From: Brevundimonas sp.
GTDB lineage: Bacteria > Pseudomonadota > Alphaproteobacteria > Caulobacterales > Caulobacteraceae
Direction of reading: 5' to 3'
NCBI GenBank assembly: GCA_046294385.1
Contig: JBKBJW010000001.1
Location: forward strand, 131,588 to 195,587
Length of the DNA stretch: 64,000 nucleotides
The translations under genes were made by a program, and so were the position numbers. This document shows, in pieces, positions 18,543 through 26,731 of this stretch; the stretch's first letter is position 1, and the number at the start of each line of letters is the position of its first letter. The notes beneath the pieces are model-generated. The model had not been told where the DNA came from, searched no databases, and was given only the letters and a program-made list of their open reading frames with translations.

Positions 18543-18707
18543 GTGAATCCCCGGAACCAGCCGGACTATGTCCATAAAGCCCGGACGGAGCAACTCTTGC
18601 GGGAGTCTGCGCGCCCGTCGGTTCGGCGGCCGGCGGTGCCGGCGGCAGGCCCCCTGAGCGGACATCGCGAAGGTCCGCTATGGGGGGTTAGCGGACTCAC
18701 ACGCAGG

Positions 18708-19187
18708 CTAGAACGCGGTCCAAACTTCTGTTCCATCGAACTCAAACCGGAGACCGGTTGAGGCCCTGACCCCGGTAAGTGTCGGCCAGTGGAACGCGAA
18801 ATCATGGATATAGACAGGTAATACGAAGTATCGCCGCCCTGTAACGTCGATGACGATTGTGCGTCTCTCAAAAAGCTTCGCCATCCAACTCGCTGCACAA
18901 AAGCGGGAGTCGGCAGAGAACGCGAAGATGCAGCCCCAAACATAACCAGGGAGCCTCGCCTCGCCCAAAGTCAACTCATGGAAGCTGTCGCCGTGAGGTG
19001 GCTCGCCGACATAACGGAGCGCAATCTCCTGCTGTTTGTCGGGGGAGACGAGCACGTAGTTGCCCATCCCGGCCCATCGGCCCTCACCATCCGCTGAGAA
19101 CTCGATCCGCTTGTCCAACGGGGCAGGATCATCGGCGACAAGTAGTCTTGGCACCGCCCTCCTCTTGGGCTTGAACCATCCGAACAT
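18708..19187 (-). CDS. Hypothetical protein (cassette gene)
   Basis: 159-aa ORF with lower GC, exactly fills the interval between repeats. Confidence 0.7.
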   Translation of the reverse strand: MFGWFKPKRRAVPRLLVADDPAPLDKRIEFSADGEGRWAGMGNYVLVSPDKQQEIALRYVGEPPHGDSFHELTLGEARLPGYVWGCIFAFSADSRFCAASWMAKLFERRTIVIDVTGRRYFVLPVYIHDFAFHWPTLTGVRASTGLRFEFDGTEVWTAF

Positions 19188-19283
19188 GAACTACCCCCAA
19201 AAAACCAAGCGGCACTGGAGCGAACTACCCGACGTCCGCTATGGGTCGATAGCGGACAGTCGGCTTTGGTGACAAAGCGGACC

Positions 19284-19778
19284 CTAGGCGACGGTCGACG
19301 TGGCTGGCTCTACGACCGGGTCCAAGGGGTCAGGTCCGAAGCGATTTGGACCTGCCGTGCCTCGCAGGAAGAACAACTCGATCATGCCCCATGCCATAAG
19401 CGGGGCGACTAAGAAGAGGCCCGTAATCAGAACGGGCAAAATGCGTTCATGGCTTGTGTCGACTAGGCGTGAGAGCACCGATACGAGGAGGGCGTGGGGG
19501 CCGAAGAAGGCGAGGAGCCACCAGCTCTCCCGGTTCCGATCGTGAAGGCGGCGCACAACACCGCCAAGCAGCAGCGTGAATGACAGAACGGCGAGCGGCA
19601 ACAAGACAGCTCCGGCAATCAGCCTGATGCCTCCTGTAGATGCGAACGCAACCGCTTGGAACGGCAGCCCTAAAATGCCGACGAGGTAAAACAGGCCAAT
19701 CGACCCATAGAGCGCCTTGCGCGACGCCCTGCCTCGCCAGCGAACCGTCGACCAAACAAACCGGATGAGCCGTTGCAT
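19284..19778 (-). CDS. DUF805 membrane protein (cassette gene)
   Basis: 'GRASRK', 'VRRLHDRNRESWW' and 'GTAGPNRFGPDP' motifs. Confidence 0.88.
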   Translation of the reverse strand: MQRLIRFVWSTVRWRGRASRKALYGSIGLFYLVGILGLPFQAVAFASTGGIRLIAGAVLLPLAVLSFTLLLGGVVRRLHDRNRESWWLLAFFGPHALLVSVLSRLVDTSHERILPVLITGLFLVAPLMAWGMIELFFLRGTAGPNRFGPDPLDPVVEPATSTVA

Positions 19779-19830
19779 CCTAAGATGAAATCACACCGGA
19801 GGGGCGTCCGCTATGGGTCGAAAGCGGACA

Positions 19831-20280
19831 TCAGCCGGGCAGTGCCGAAGCGGCCTTCACGATTTCATCGGGCGGTTCGAAAAGACGCTTTGCCAGCACT
19901 CGCACTGTCGTTCCGTCGCCAAACTCAAAGACGACGAACTGTTCTTCCCACAATCGGTAGCGAGGCCGATTACGCTCAGACCGCACGCTCACCAACTCTG
20001 ACCGTGGTCTGCGGAATCGATCAGAGACGATAACGTCTCCATCAACCCACACGGCACGGGCCCTGCCGCCGAAGGCTTTCCATAGCTCCTGGGCAGATAG
20101 AGCGAGTGCCAGCGGCGAAACCAGTGCAGTCCCTGCCCACCCGCGACCTAAGTCTGACACGTCGGGAAAGGCGGCGAGAATTACCCACGGCGCAGCCGCG
20201 ACCACGATGAAAATCGCAGCCCACTTTGCGTGATAGATCGGATTGCGGTGGGCAATGATCAAGCGAGTTTCCTTCAACAC
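19831..20280 (-). CDS. Hypothetical two-TM membrane protein (cassette gene)
   Basis: Two TM helices plus a soluble C-terminus; GTG start at 20280 chosen because the longer ORF crosses the repeat at 20306. Confidence 0.6.
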   Translation of the reverse strand: MLKETRLIIAHRNPIYHAKWAAIFIVVAAAPWVILAAFPDVSDLGRGWAGTALVSPLALALSAQELWKAFGGRARAVWVDGDVIVSDRFRRPRSELVSVRSERNRPRYRLWEEQFVVFEFGDGTTVRVLAKRLFEPPDEIVKAASALPG

Positions 20281-20390
20281 CGACCATCTTCGCAGGTGCT
20301 CAAGAGTCCGCAATGGGTCGATAGCGGGCGGTCGGGTCTGGGTGAAATGCAGACGTTGCCCACAACCTCTTGCAGTGCGACCGTCGCAGT

Positions 20391-21284
20391 ATGTTCGAGG
20401 CAAGTCCCAAAGCACGCGCCCACCGCCTCGTGAGGATTCTAGGCTGGCTGGCCCTTGCCGGGTTGCTGACGGGAGTCATCCTTGGCGCGGCGGGTTACCG
20501 GTCGGCGCGGTCCGAGCCGATCGTCCGGACGACAACGATTTCGGTTCCCGAGTGGCCCCACGGCGCTCCGCCGCTCCGCATCGCCCTGCTCAGCGACATT
20601 CACATGGGCGGGGCGGCGATGGACGTCCGACGACTAGACCGGATCGTTGATGCGGTGAACGCCCGGTCTCCCGACCTGGTGCTCATCGCCGGGGACTTCG
20701 TCTACGGGCACTCGCCAGAAGAGGGCCGTGCAGCAACGGCGCACCTGACGGCACCCCTATCGCGACTGAAGGCACCGTTGGGCGTCGTCGCGGTTCTGGG
20801 CAATCATGATCATTGGACTGACCCGGACGCGGTGCAGGAGGCGCTGGAGAGCGCCGGGGTCACCGTGCTGAAGAACACAGCGGCGGTGCGCGGACCTGCT
20901 GTGATTTTGGGCATCGATGACGCGTTCTCGGGTAACGATCAGATCGGCCTTACGATGAAGTCTGCCGAGATGCTGGCAGGTTTCCGGATCGCCCTGACGC
21001 ATGCGCCAGATCTGGCATTCAGCTTGCCCACCGACGTCACTCTGGTGCTGGGAGGGCATTCCCATTGCGGGCAGTTGGTGCTGCCGCTGATTGGACCGGT
21101 GATCGAGCGGTCGCCGCTATTGAACAAGCCGCTCTATGATCCGCGATACCGCTGTGGTGTCGTCGACGGTGACGGGCAAACAGTCATCGTAACCGGCGGC
21201 CTAGGGGCAAGTGGCCCGCCGATGCGTATCGGAGCGCCGCCCGACTGGTGGTTCATAACGCTCGTGCCCCGCAAGCCCGGGTAA
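20391..21284 (+). CDS. Metallophosphoesterase (YkuE/YaeI-like)
   Basis: 'SDIH', 'AGDF', 'LGNHD', 'THAPD' and 'GHSHCGQ' motifs; N-terminal TM. Confidence 0.9.
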   Translation: MFEASPKARAHRLVRILGWLALAGLLTGVILGAAGYRSARSEPIVRTTTISVPEWPHGAPPLRIALLSDIHMGGAAMDVRRLDRIVDAVNARSPDLVLIAGDFVYGHSPEEGRAATAHLTAPLSRLKAPLGVVAVLGNHDHWTDPDAVQEALESAGVTVLKNTAAVRGPAVILGIDDAFSGNDQIGLTMKSAEMLAGFRIALTHAPDLAFSLPTDVTLVLGGHSHCGQLVLPLIGPVIERSPLLNKPLYDPRYRCGVVDGDGQTVIVTGGLGASGPPMRIGAPPDWWFITLVPRKPG

Positions 21285-21389
21285 AGCAGTGGGGCACCAG
21301 TCATGAAGGGCGGTATTGTGTCCGCTAAGGGTCGACAGCGGACGCTTAAGCGTCCAGCCCGCACCCGCCGGGCCAGACGGTGAGCCTGG

Positions 21390-21415
21390 CCACCAGCCAC
21401 CAGTCACCAGCCACC
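21390..21415. repeat. Heptamer tandem repeat (YCACCAG)x3.7
   Basis: ccaccag ccaccag tcaccag ccacc at the right edge of the accessory block. Confidence 0.7.
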
Positions 21416-22279
21416 CTAGAGCGCGCCCAGTTCCAGGAACGCCTGCCCGGCGGCGAAGTCGCCGACCTCGAACACGGCGCGGGCCACGGTCTCGTCGCGG
21501 AACACGAACTCGATGGCGAAGGGTTCGCGCGGATCCAGCTGGTTGAGGGCCGCCGCTGCCGACGCCGGGAAGCGCCAGGCCTGGCCCTCGGTCTTGCCCG
21601 CGCTGAGCAGGCCCGGCTCGGCCTGGGCCATGCCCGACGACCAGATCACCCGTTGCAGTGCCGGGGGCGGCAGCTGACCGGCCCCGCCCAGCCATGCCCG
21701 TGGCGACTTGCCCGGATCGCGCATGACGACCCGCACCGCATAGGGGCGCGGGCGGCCGTAGAAGGACACCACCGCCGACAGGCTCTCGCCCTGCAGGCTG
21801 GTCGCATATCCGAAGGTCACGGGCGAGGCGCCGGTCATCGACGCCTGCATCAGCCGCCAGTTGGCGCTGCGATAGACGACCCGGTTGGCCTCCCAGCTCG
21901 CCCGCAGCCCGGGGAAGGTCATGCGCGGCATCCGCACCCAGCCGGCGAAGGCGTTCTCGACGCGGTTTTTCACCAGGCGCAGGTCGGCGTTGTCACAGGC
22001 CACCGTTCCGGCCCGCGCTCGCGCCCGCGCCTCGGCGTCATTCAGGGCCGTGGCCGCCACACCGCCGCGCAGGGCCGCGCCCCGCGCCTGTCGCTGGGCC
22101 GCCGTCAGGGCTGACCGCACCGGGGCCGTGAACAGGCCGCACTTCTGGTGCGCGGCCAGCACGAACGTCCGCTCGTAGAAGGTCTGGGACGCGTCAGCCC
22201 ACGCCTGCATCGGCACAGCCGCCAGCATCAGGGCGGCGATTGCAGCTTTGGCGGTTCGCGTGTTCAGGCCTATCGTCAT
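21416..22279 (-). CDS. Hypothetical exported protein
   Basis: Signal peptide ending 'QAWA'; host-like codon usage. Confidence 0.75.
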   Translation of the reverse strand: MTIGLNTRTAKAAIAALMLAAVPMQAWADASQTFYERTFVLAAHQKCGLFTAPVRSALTAAQRQARGAALRGGVAATALNDAEARARARAGTVACDNADLRLVKNRVENAFAGWVRMPRMTFPGLRASWEANRVVYRSANWRLMQASMTGASPVTFGYATSLQGESLSAVVSFYGRPRPYAVRVVMRDPGKSPRAWLGGAGQLPPPALQRVIWSSGMAQAEPGLLSAGKTEGQAWRFPASAAAALNQLDPREPFAIEFVFRDETVARAVFEVGDFAAGQAFLELGAL

Positions 22280-22335
22280 GAGACGGACCTTAGCCGTCAG
22301 GCGTTCCGGTCCGGTTTCCGAGCAGGGTTACCGAA

Positions 22336-22671
22336 TTGCTTCTCTCGACAGACCTGTGGGTGTCCGCCCTTATCCGTCGGGCGGAACTCGGCGGGGCCTT
22401 CGCCACGGTCGCGCGCAAGGGCGACGCGCGCGCCGGGACGGTGATCGTCAAGGCCTTTGACACCTCCACCCGCCGCGCCCGGCTGTATAGCGAGGCCTTC
22501 GGCCCCGACGGTGAGCGCCTGTGGATGCAGCCCGTCGAAAGCGAGTTCGAGAGCGAGCTGGACGCCTATATCCAACGTCAGGCCGGCTACGATCCCGACA
22601 TCTGGGTTGTGGAGATTGAGGACCGCGAGGGCCGGCATTTCATCACTGAAAAGGTCGCAAACGAAGTCTGA
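22336..22671 (+). CDS. DUF1491 family protein
   Basis: 'LWVSALIRR...GAFATVARKGDARAG' and 'DPDIWVVEIEDREGR'. Confidence 0.88.
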   Translation: MLLSTDLWVSALIRRAELGGAFATVARKGDARAGTVIVKAFDTSTRRARLYSEAFGPDGERLWMQPVESEFESELDAYIQRQAGYDPDIWVVEIEDREGRHFITEKVANEV

Positions 22672-22965
22672 GCCATGCGCGCTCAAACTTTATAGGCAGC
22701 ACACCCCGCCGCGCCCGTATGATGCGCGCCCGGTCTTTGACATCGTCCCGCCAACCTCGCCCGCCGCAGGGCCGCGTTTCAGTAGGAGTAAGAGTCTTCT
22801 CGGCCGCCCGGACTCCAACAGCAAAAATTTTTGGTCGGATCACACCAGCCGGTTAACGCCGCCGCCGCCGGTGCGAAAGACTTAACCGCGTTCGCGAACG
22901 GAACCGAAAGTGGCGGGGGCCTAGGGTCACATCAACGGGCCGATATGAGCCCGACGTGATGGTGG

Positions 22966-23355
22966 GTGCTCTCGATGCTGTTTCTGCTCAATGACGTGGT
23001 GTTCGATCTCGACGAGACCTGCCCGGTTTCGCCCGGCGACGCCCGGCGCTTTGAAAGCCTGGGCTTCGACTATGTCATGGAGCTGGGCTGCGAGCTGTTC
23101 GCCGAAGACCCGCTGCTGCATCAGAACGACCCGGTCCGTGCGCGCCGTCTGGCCTGGCTGATCCACGACCGCAGCCCGGAGGTGAACGCCGCCCTGTTCG
23201 CCGCCCCTGAATGCGATTGCGACCCGGCCCTGGTCGAGCCCCTGTTCTGCGCCCTGCCCGACCGCGTGATGCGCCAGCTGCACAGCCACGAACGCCAGGG
23301 CCGCCTCGACGCCGTCACCGCCGACCGCGCGGTCTGGAACCGCATGGCGGCTTAA
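22966..23355 (+). CDS. Hypothetical protein
   Basis: Host-like codon usage; TTAAC half-sites upstream at about 22853 and 22882. Confidence 0.65.
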   Translation: MLSMLFLLNDVVFDLDETCPVSPGDARRFESLGFDYVMELGCELFAEDPLLHQNDPVRARRLAWLIHDRSPEVNAALFAAPECDCDPALVEPLFCALPDRVMRQLHSHERQGRLDAVTADRAVWNRMAA

Positions 23356-23432
23356 GCCCGCACCTTTTTCTTCCTCCCTCTGTCGGCGCCCTTCATGCTG
23401 GGGCGTCGTGCCGAGGAAAGGGAGAGACGCCC

Positions 23433-23819
23433 GTGCTTTACGCCGTGCTTTGTTATGACCGCGAGGACGTCGTCGGTGCCTGGACCCAGGCCGAGGACGA
23501 GGCCGTCATGGTCCGCCTCGGCGCCGTTCAGGAAAAGCTGGCGGCCCAGGGGCGCATCGGCCCGGTGGCGCGCCTTCTGCCCACCACCGCCGCCACCACC
23601 ATCCGCAAGGGCGACAAACCCGTGGTGCTGGACGGCCCCTTCGCCGAGACCAAGGAACAGCTGCTGGGCTTCTACATCGTCGACGCCGACGATCTGGATG
23701 GCGCCCTGGCCATCGCCCGCGACCTGGCCGCCGCCAGCGGATCTCCGGGCGCGTTCGAGCTGCGACCGCTGCGGATGTTCCATGACTGGAGCACGCTGAA
23801 GGAGCAGCAAACCGCGTGA
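23433..23819 (+). CDS. YciI/DGPF family protein
   Basis: 'DGPFAETKEQLLGFY' motif; GTG start; coupled to the ECF sigma gene. Confidence 0.9.
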   Translation: MLYAVLCYDREDVVGAWTQAEDEAVMVRLGAVQEKLAAQGRIGPVARLLPTTAATTIRKGDKPVVLDGPFAETKEQLLGFYIVDADDLDGALAIARDLAAASGSPGAFELRPLRMFHDWSTLKEQQTA

Positions 23820-25051
23820 CCGATCTCGCCTGGATCGACGCCGCGCTCGTCGCCGCTCGCCCGCGGGCGGTCGGTGCCCTGTTGCGCTATTTCCGCGACC
23901 TCGATCTGGCCGAGGAGGCGTTTCAGGATGCCTGCCTGAAGGCCCTGCAGACCTGGCCGGACAAGGGCCCGCCGCGCGACCCGGCCGCCTGGCTGATCTT
24001 TGTGGGCCGCAACGTCGGCGTCGACGGCGTGCGCCGGCGGGGCAAGCAGACGGAACTGCCCGACGAGGAGAAGCTGTCTGACCTGGACGACGTCGAGGCG
24101 CCCATGGCCGAGCGGCTGGACAACGCCGACTACCGCGATGACGTGCTGAGGCTGCTGTTCACCTGCTGCCATCCGGACCTGCCGGCGACGCAGCAGATCG
24201 CCCTGGCCCTGCGGATCGTCTCGGGCCTGACGGTGCCGCAGATCGCGCGCGCCTTCCTGGTCGGCGAAAAGGCGATGGAGCAGCGCATCACCCGCGCCAA
24301 GGCGCGCGTCGCGGAGGCCGGGCTGCCGTTCGAAGCGCCGAACGCGGTCGAGCGGGCCGCGCGGCTGGGGCCTGTCGCGGCCATGATCTATCTGGTCTTC
24401 AATGAAGGCTACACCGCCCCCGACGGCCAGGGCGCGCGCGCAGGCCTGGCCGACGAGGCCATCCGTCTGGGTCGCCTGCTGCTGCGGCTGTTCCCGTCAG
24501 AGCCCGAGATCATGGGCCTGACCGCCCTGATGCTGCTGCAGCACTCGCGCACCGCCGCGCGGTTCAACGCCGAGGGCGGGTTGATCCTGCTGGACGATCA
24601 GGACCGCAGCCGCTGGGACCCCAGGCTGATCGCCGAAGGGTTGGCCCTGATCGACAAGGCCCTGCGCCACGCCCGACCCGGGCCATATCAGATCCAGGCC
24701 GCCATCGCCGCCCTGCACGCCCGGGCGGCCGACGCCGCCGCAACCGACTGGTCCGGCATCGAGCGGCTCTACGCCACGCTGGAAGCCATGAACCCCTCGC
24801 CCGTTATCAGCCTGAACCGCGCGGTCGCAGTGATGAAGGCGCGCGGGCCAGAAGAAGCGCTGGCCATGATCGAACCGCTCGCCGAGGCGCTGGACGGCTA
24901 TTTCTATTTCTTCGGCCTGAAGGGTGCCCTTCTAAAGCAGCTGAACCGCCCGAAGGAGGCCCGCATCGCCTTTGATCAGGCCGTGGCGCTGGCCAACACC
25001 CCCGGCGAGGCCGCGCACATCCGCGACCAGATCGACAGCCTGTCGGCGTGA
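23816..25051 (+). CDS. ECF sigma factor with C-terminal TPR-like extension (ECF42 type)
   Basis: 'AEEAFQDA', 'LRLLFTCCHP', 'YLVFNEGY' and 'GPYQIQAAIAALH'; DGPF gene upstream. Confidence 0.88.
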   Translation: MTDLAWIDAALVAARPRAVGALLRYFRDLDLAEEAFQDACLKALQTWPDKGPPRDPAAWLIFVGRNVGVDGVRRRGKQTELPDEEKLSDLDDVEAPMAERLDNADYRDDVLRLLFTCCHPDLPATQQIALALRIVSGLTVPQIARAFLVGEKAMEQRITRAKARVAEAGLPFEAPNAVERAARLGPVAAMIYLVFNEGYTAPDGQGARAGLADEAIRLGRLLLRLFPSEPEIMGLTALMLLQHSRTAARFNAEGGLILLDDQDRSRWDPRLIAEGLALIDKALRHARPGPYQIQAAIAALHARAADAAATDWSGIERLYATLEAMNPSPVISLNRAVAVMKARGPEEALAMIEPLAEALDGYFYFFGLKGALLKQLNRPKEARIAFDQAVALANTPGEAAHIRDQIDSLSA

Positions 25052-25084
25052 CTTCCGGCCGCTGACAGGCTACCTGCCGCCGCC

Positions 25085-26731
25085 ATGTCGAAGCTCACCC
25101 TTGAACAGGAGGCCCTGCGCCGCAGGACCTTCGCCATCATCGCGCACCCCGACGCGGGCAAGACGACCCTGACCGAGCATATCCTGCTGGCCGGTGGGGC
25201 CATTCGTGCGGCAGGGGCCGTGCGGGCGCGCGGCGAGAACCGGCGCACCCAGTCTGACTGGATGAAGATCGAAAAGGAGCGCGGCATCTCCGTCTCCGCC
25301 TCGGTCATGACCTTCGAGCACACCACGTCGGACGGCGTGGCCAAGATGTTCAACCTGCTCGACACCCCGGGCCACGAGGACTTCTCCGAAGACACCTATC
25401 GCACCCTGACCGCCGCCGACTGCGCCATCATGGTGCTGGACGCGGCCAAGGGCATCGAGCCCCAGACCCTGAAGCTGTTCGAGGTCTGCCGCCTGCGCGA
25501 CATCCCGATCATCACCTTCATCAACAAGCTGGACCGCGAGGCCCAGGACCCCATGGCCCTGCTGGACGAGATCGCGTCCCGGCTGCAGCTCGACCCCGCT
25601 CCGATCTGGTGGCCGGCCGAGAGCGGCAACCGCCTGCGCGGCATGGTCGAGATGGGGACCGGCAAGTTCCAGCCGTTCGCCAAGAAGCCCGCCGGTTCGA
25701 AAGAGGATGTGCCCCACCCCGAGGCCCTGCCGCTGGCTGATGCCGCCCTCTATTTCGAGGAAGGCGAGCACGAAGCGCTGATGGAGGCGCAGGAGCTGGT
25801 CGAGGCCGGCTATCCGTCGTTCGATCGCCAGTCCTTCCTTGAAGGCCACATGACGCCCGTCCTGTGGGGCTCTGCCCTGCGCCACTTCGGCATCGACGAG
25901 CTGCTGGCCGCCATCGGCGAATGGGCGCCCGCGCCCAAGACCATGAAGGCGCGCAAGGAAGCCCCGCCCGAGACCCGCAACGCCCCCGCCCCCGTCGAGC
26001 TGACGGTCGAACCGGGCAACGCCGAGGTCACCGGCTTCGTCTTCAAGGTCCAGGCCAATATGGACCCCAACCACCGCGACCGCATCGCCATGTTCCGCAT
26101 GGCGTCGGGCAGCTTCAAGCGCGGCATGAAGCTGAAGGTCCAGAACACCGGCAAGCAGCTGTCGGTCAACGCGCCGATCATGTTCTTCGCCAGCGACCGC
26201 GAACTGGCCGAGGACGCCTATGCCGGCGACGTCATCGGCATTCCGAACCACGGCGTCCTGCGCGTCGGCGACAGCCTGTCCGAGAGCGGCCTGATCCGCT
26301 TCGCCGGCCTGCCGAACTTCGCGCCGGAAATCCTGCAGCGCGTGCGGGTCAAGGACCCGCTGAAGGCCAAGCACCTGCGCAAGGCGCTGGACGGCCTGGC
26401 CGAGGAAGGCGTCACCCAGCTGTTCCGTCCCGAGATCGGCTCGGACTTCATCGTCGGTGCCGTCGGCCAGCTGCAGTTCGAAGTCATGGCCGACCGCCTG
26501 GGCGAGGAATACGGCCTGGACGTCATCTTCGAGCCGTCGCCCTACGCCGAGGCCCGCTGGATCGGCGGTGCAAAGGCTGACGTCGAGGACTTCATGGGCA
26601 AATACCGCCCCCAGATGGCCCGCGACATCGATGACGACCCCGTCTTCCTGGCCAAGTCGAGCTGGGAAACCGGCTACGTCGGCGAACGCTTCCCCGCCAT
26701 CGCCTTCACGAAGACGAAGGAGCGGGGTTAG
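25085..26731 (+). CDS. prfC: Peptide chain release factor 3
   Basis: 'RRRTFAIIAHPDAGKTTLTE', 'DTPGHEDFSEDTYR' and 'FKVQANMDPNHRDR'. Confidence 0.97.
   Translation: MSKLTLEQEALRRRTFAIIAHPDAGKTTLTEHILLAGGAIRAAGAVRARGENRRTQSDWMKIEKERGISVSASVMTFEHTTSDGVAKMFNLLDTPGHEDFSEDTYRTLTAADCAIMVLDAAKGIEPQTLKLFEVCRLRDIPIITFINKLDREAQDPMALLDEIASRLQLDPAPIWWPAESGNRLRGMVEMGTGKFQPFAKKPAGSKEDVPHPEALPLADAALYFEEGEHEALMEAQELVEAGYPSFDRQSFLEGHMTPVLWGSALRHFGIDELLAAIGEWAPAPKTMKARKEAPPETRNAPAPVELTVEPGNAEVTGFVFKVQANMDPNHRDRIAMFRMASGSFKRGMKLKVQNTGKQLSVNAPIMFFASDRELAEDAYAGDVIGIPNHGVLRVGDSLSESGLIRFAGLPNFAPEILQRVRVKDPLKAKHLRKALDGLAEEGVTQLFRPEIGSDFIVGAVGQLQFEVMADRLGEEYGLDVIFEPSPYAEARWIGGAKADVEDFMGKYRPQMARDIDDDPVFLAKSSWETGYVGERFPAIAFTKTKERG

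Larger units (their letters stand above)
17029..21343 (+). repeat. Array of 24-bp palindromic-arm repeats GTCCGCT-N10-AGCGGAC separating single genes
   Basis: Copies at 17029 (degenerate), 18673, 19234, 19259, 19806, 20306, 20331 (degenerate) and 21320; inverted partial copy at about 18640-18663. Confidence 0.85.

Noticed and set aside
17029-21343. CRISPR array interpretation of the 24-bp palindromic repeats
   Set aside because: Spacers are 1 nt or 0.5-1.6 kb whole genes rather than uniform 30-40 nt, and there are no cas genes.
17029-21343. Classical integron attC sites
   Set aside because: Too short, no RYYYAAC/GTTRRRY ends, and no intI in the window.
18673-21343. Repeats as ordinary intrinsic terminators
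   Set aside because: No U-tracts, the loop sequence is conserved, they occur as doublets, and one doublet sits between divergent gene starts.
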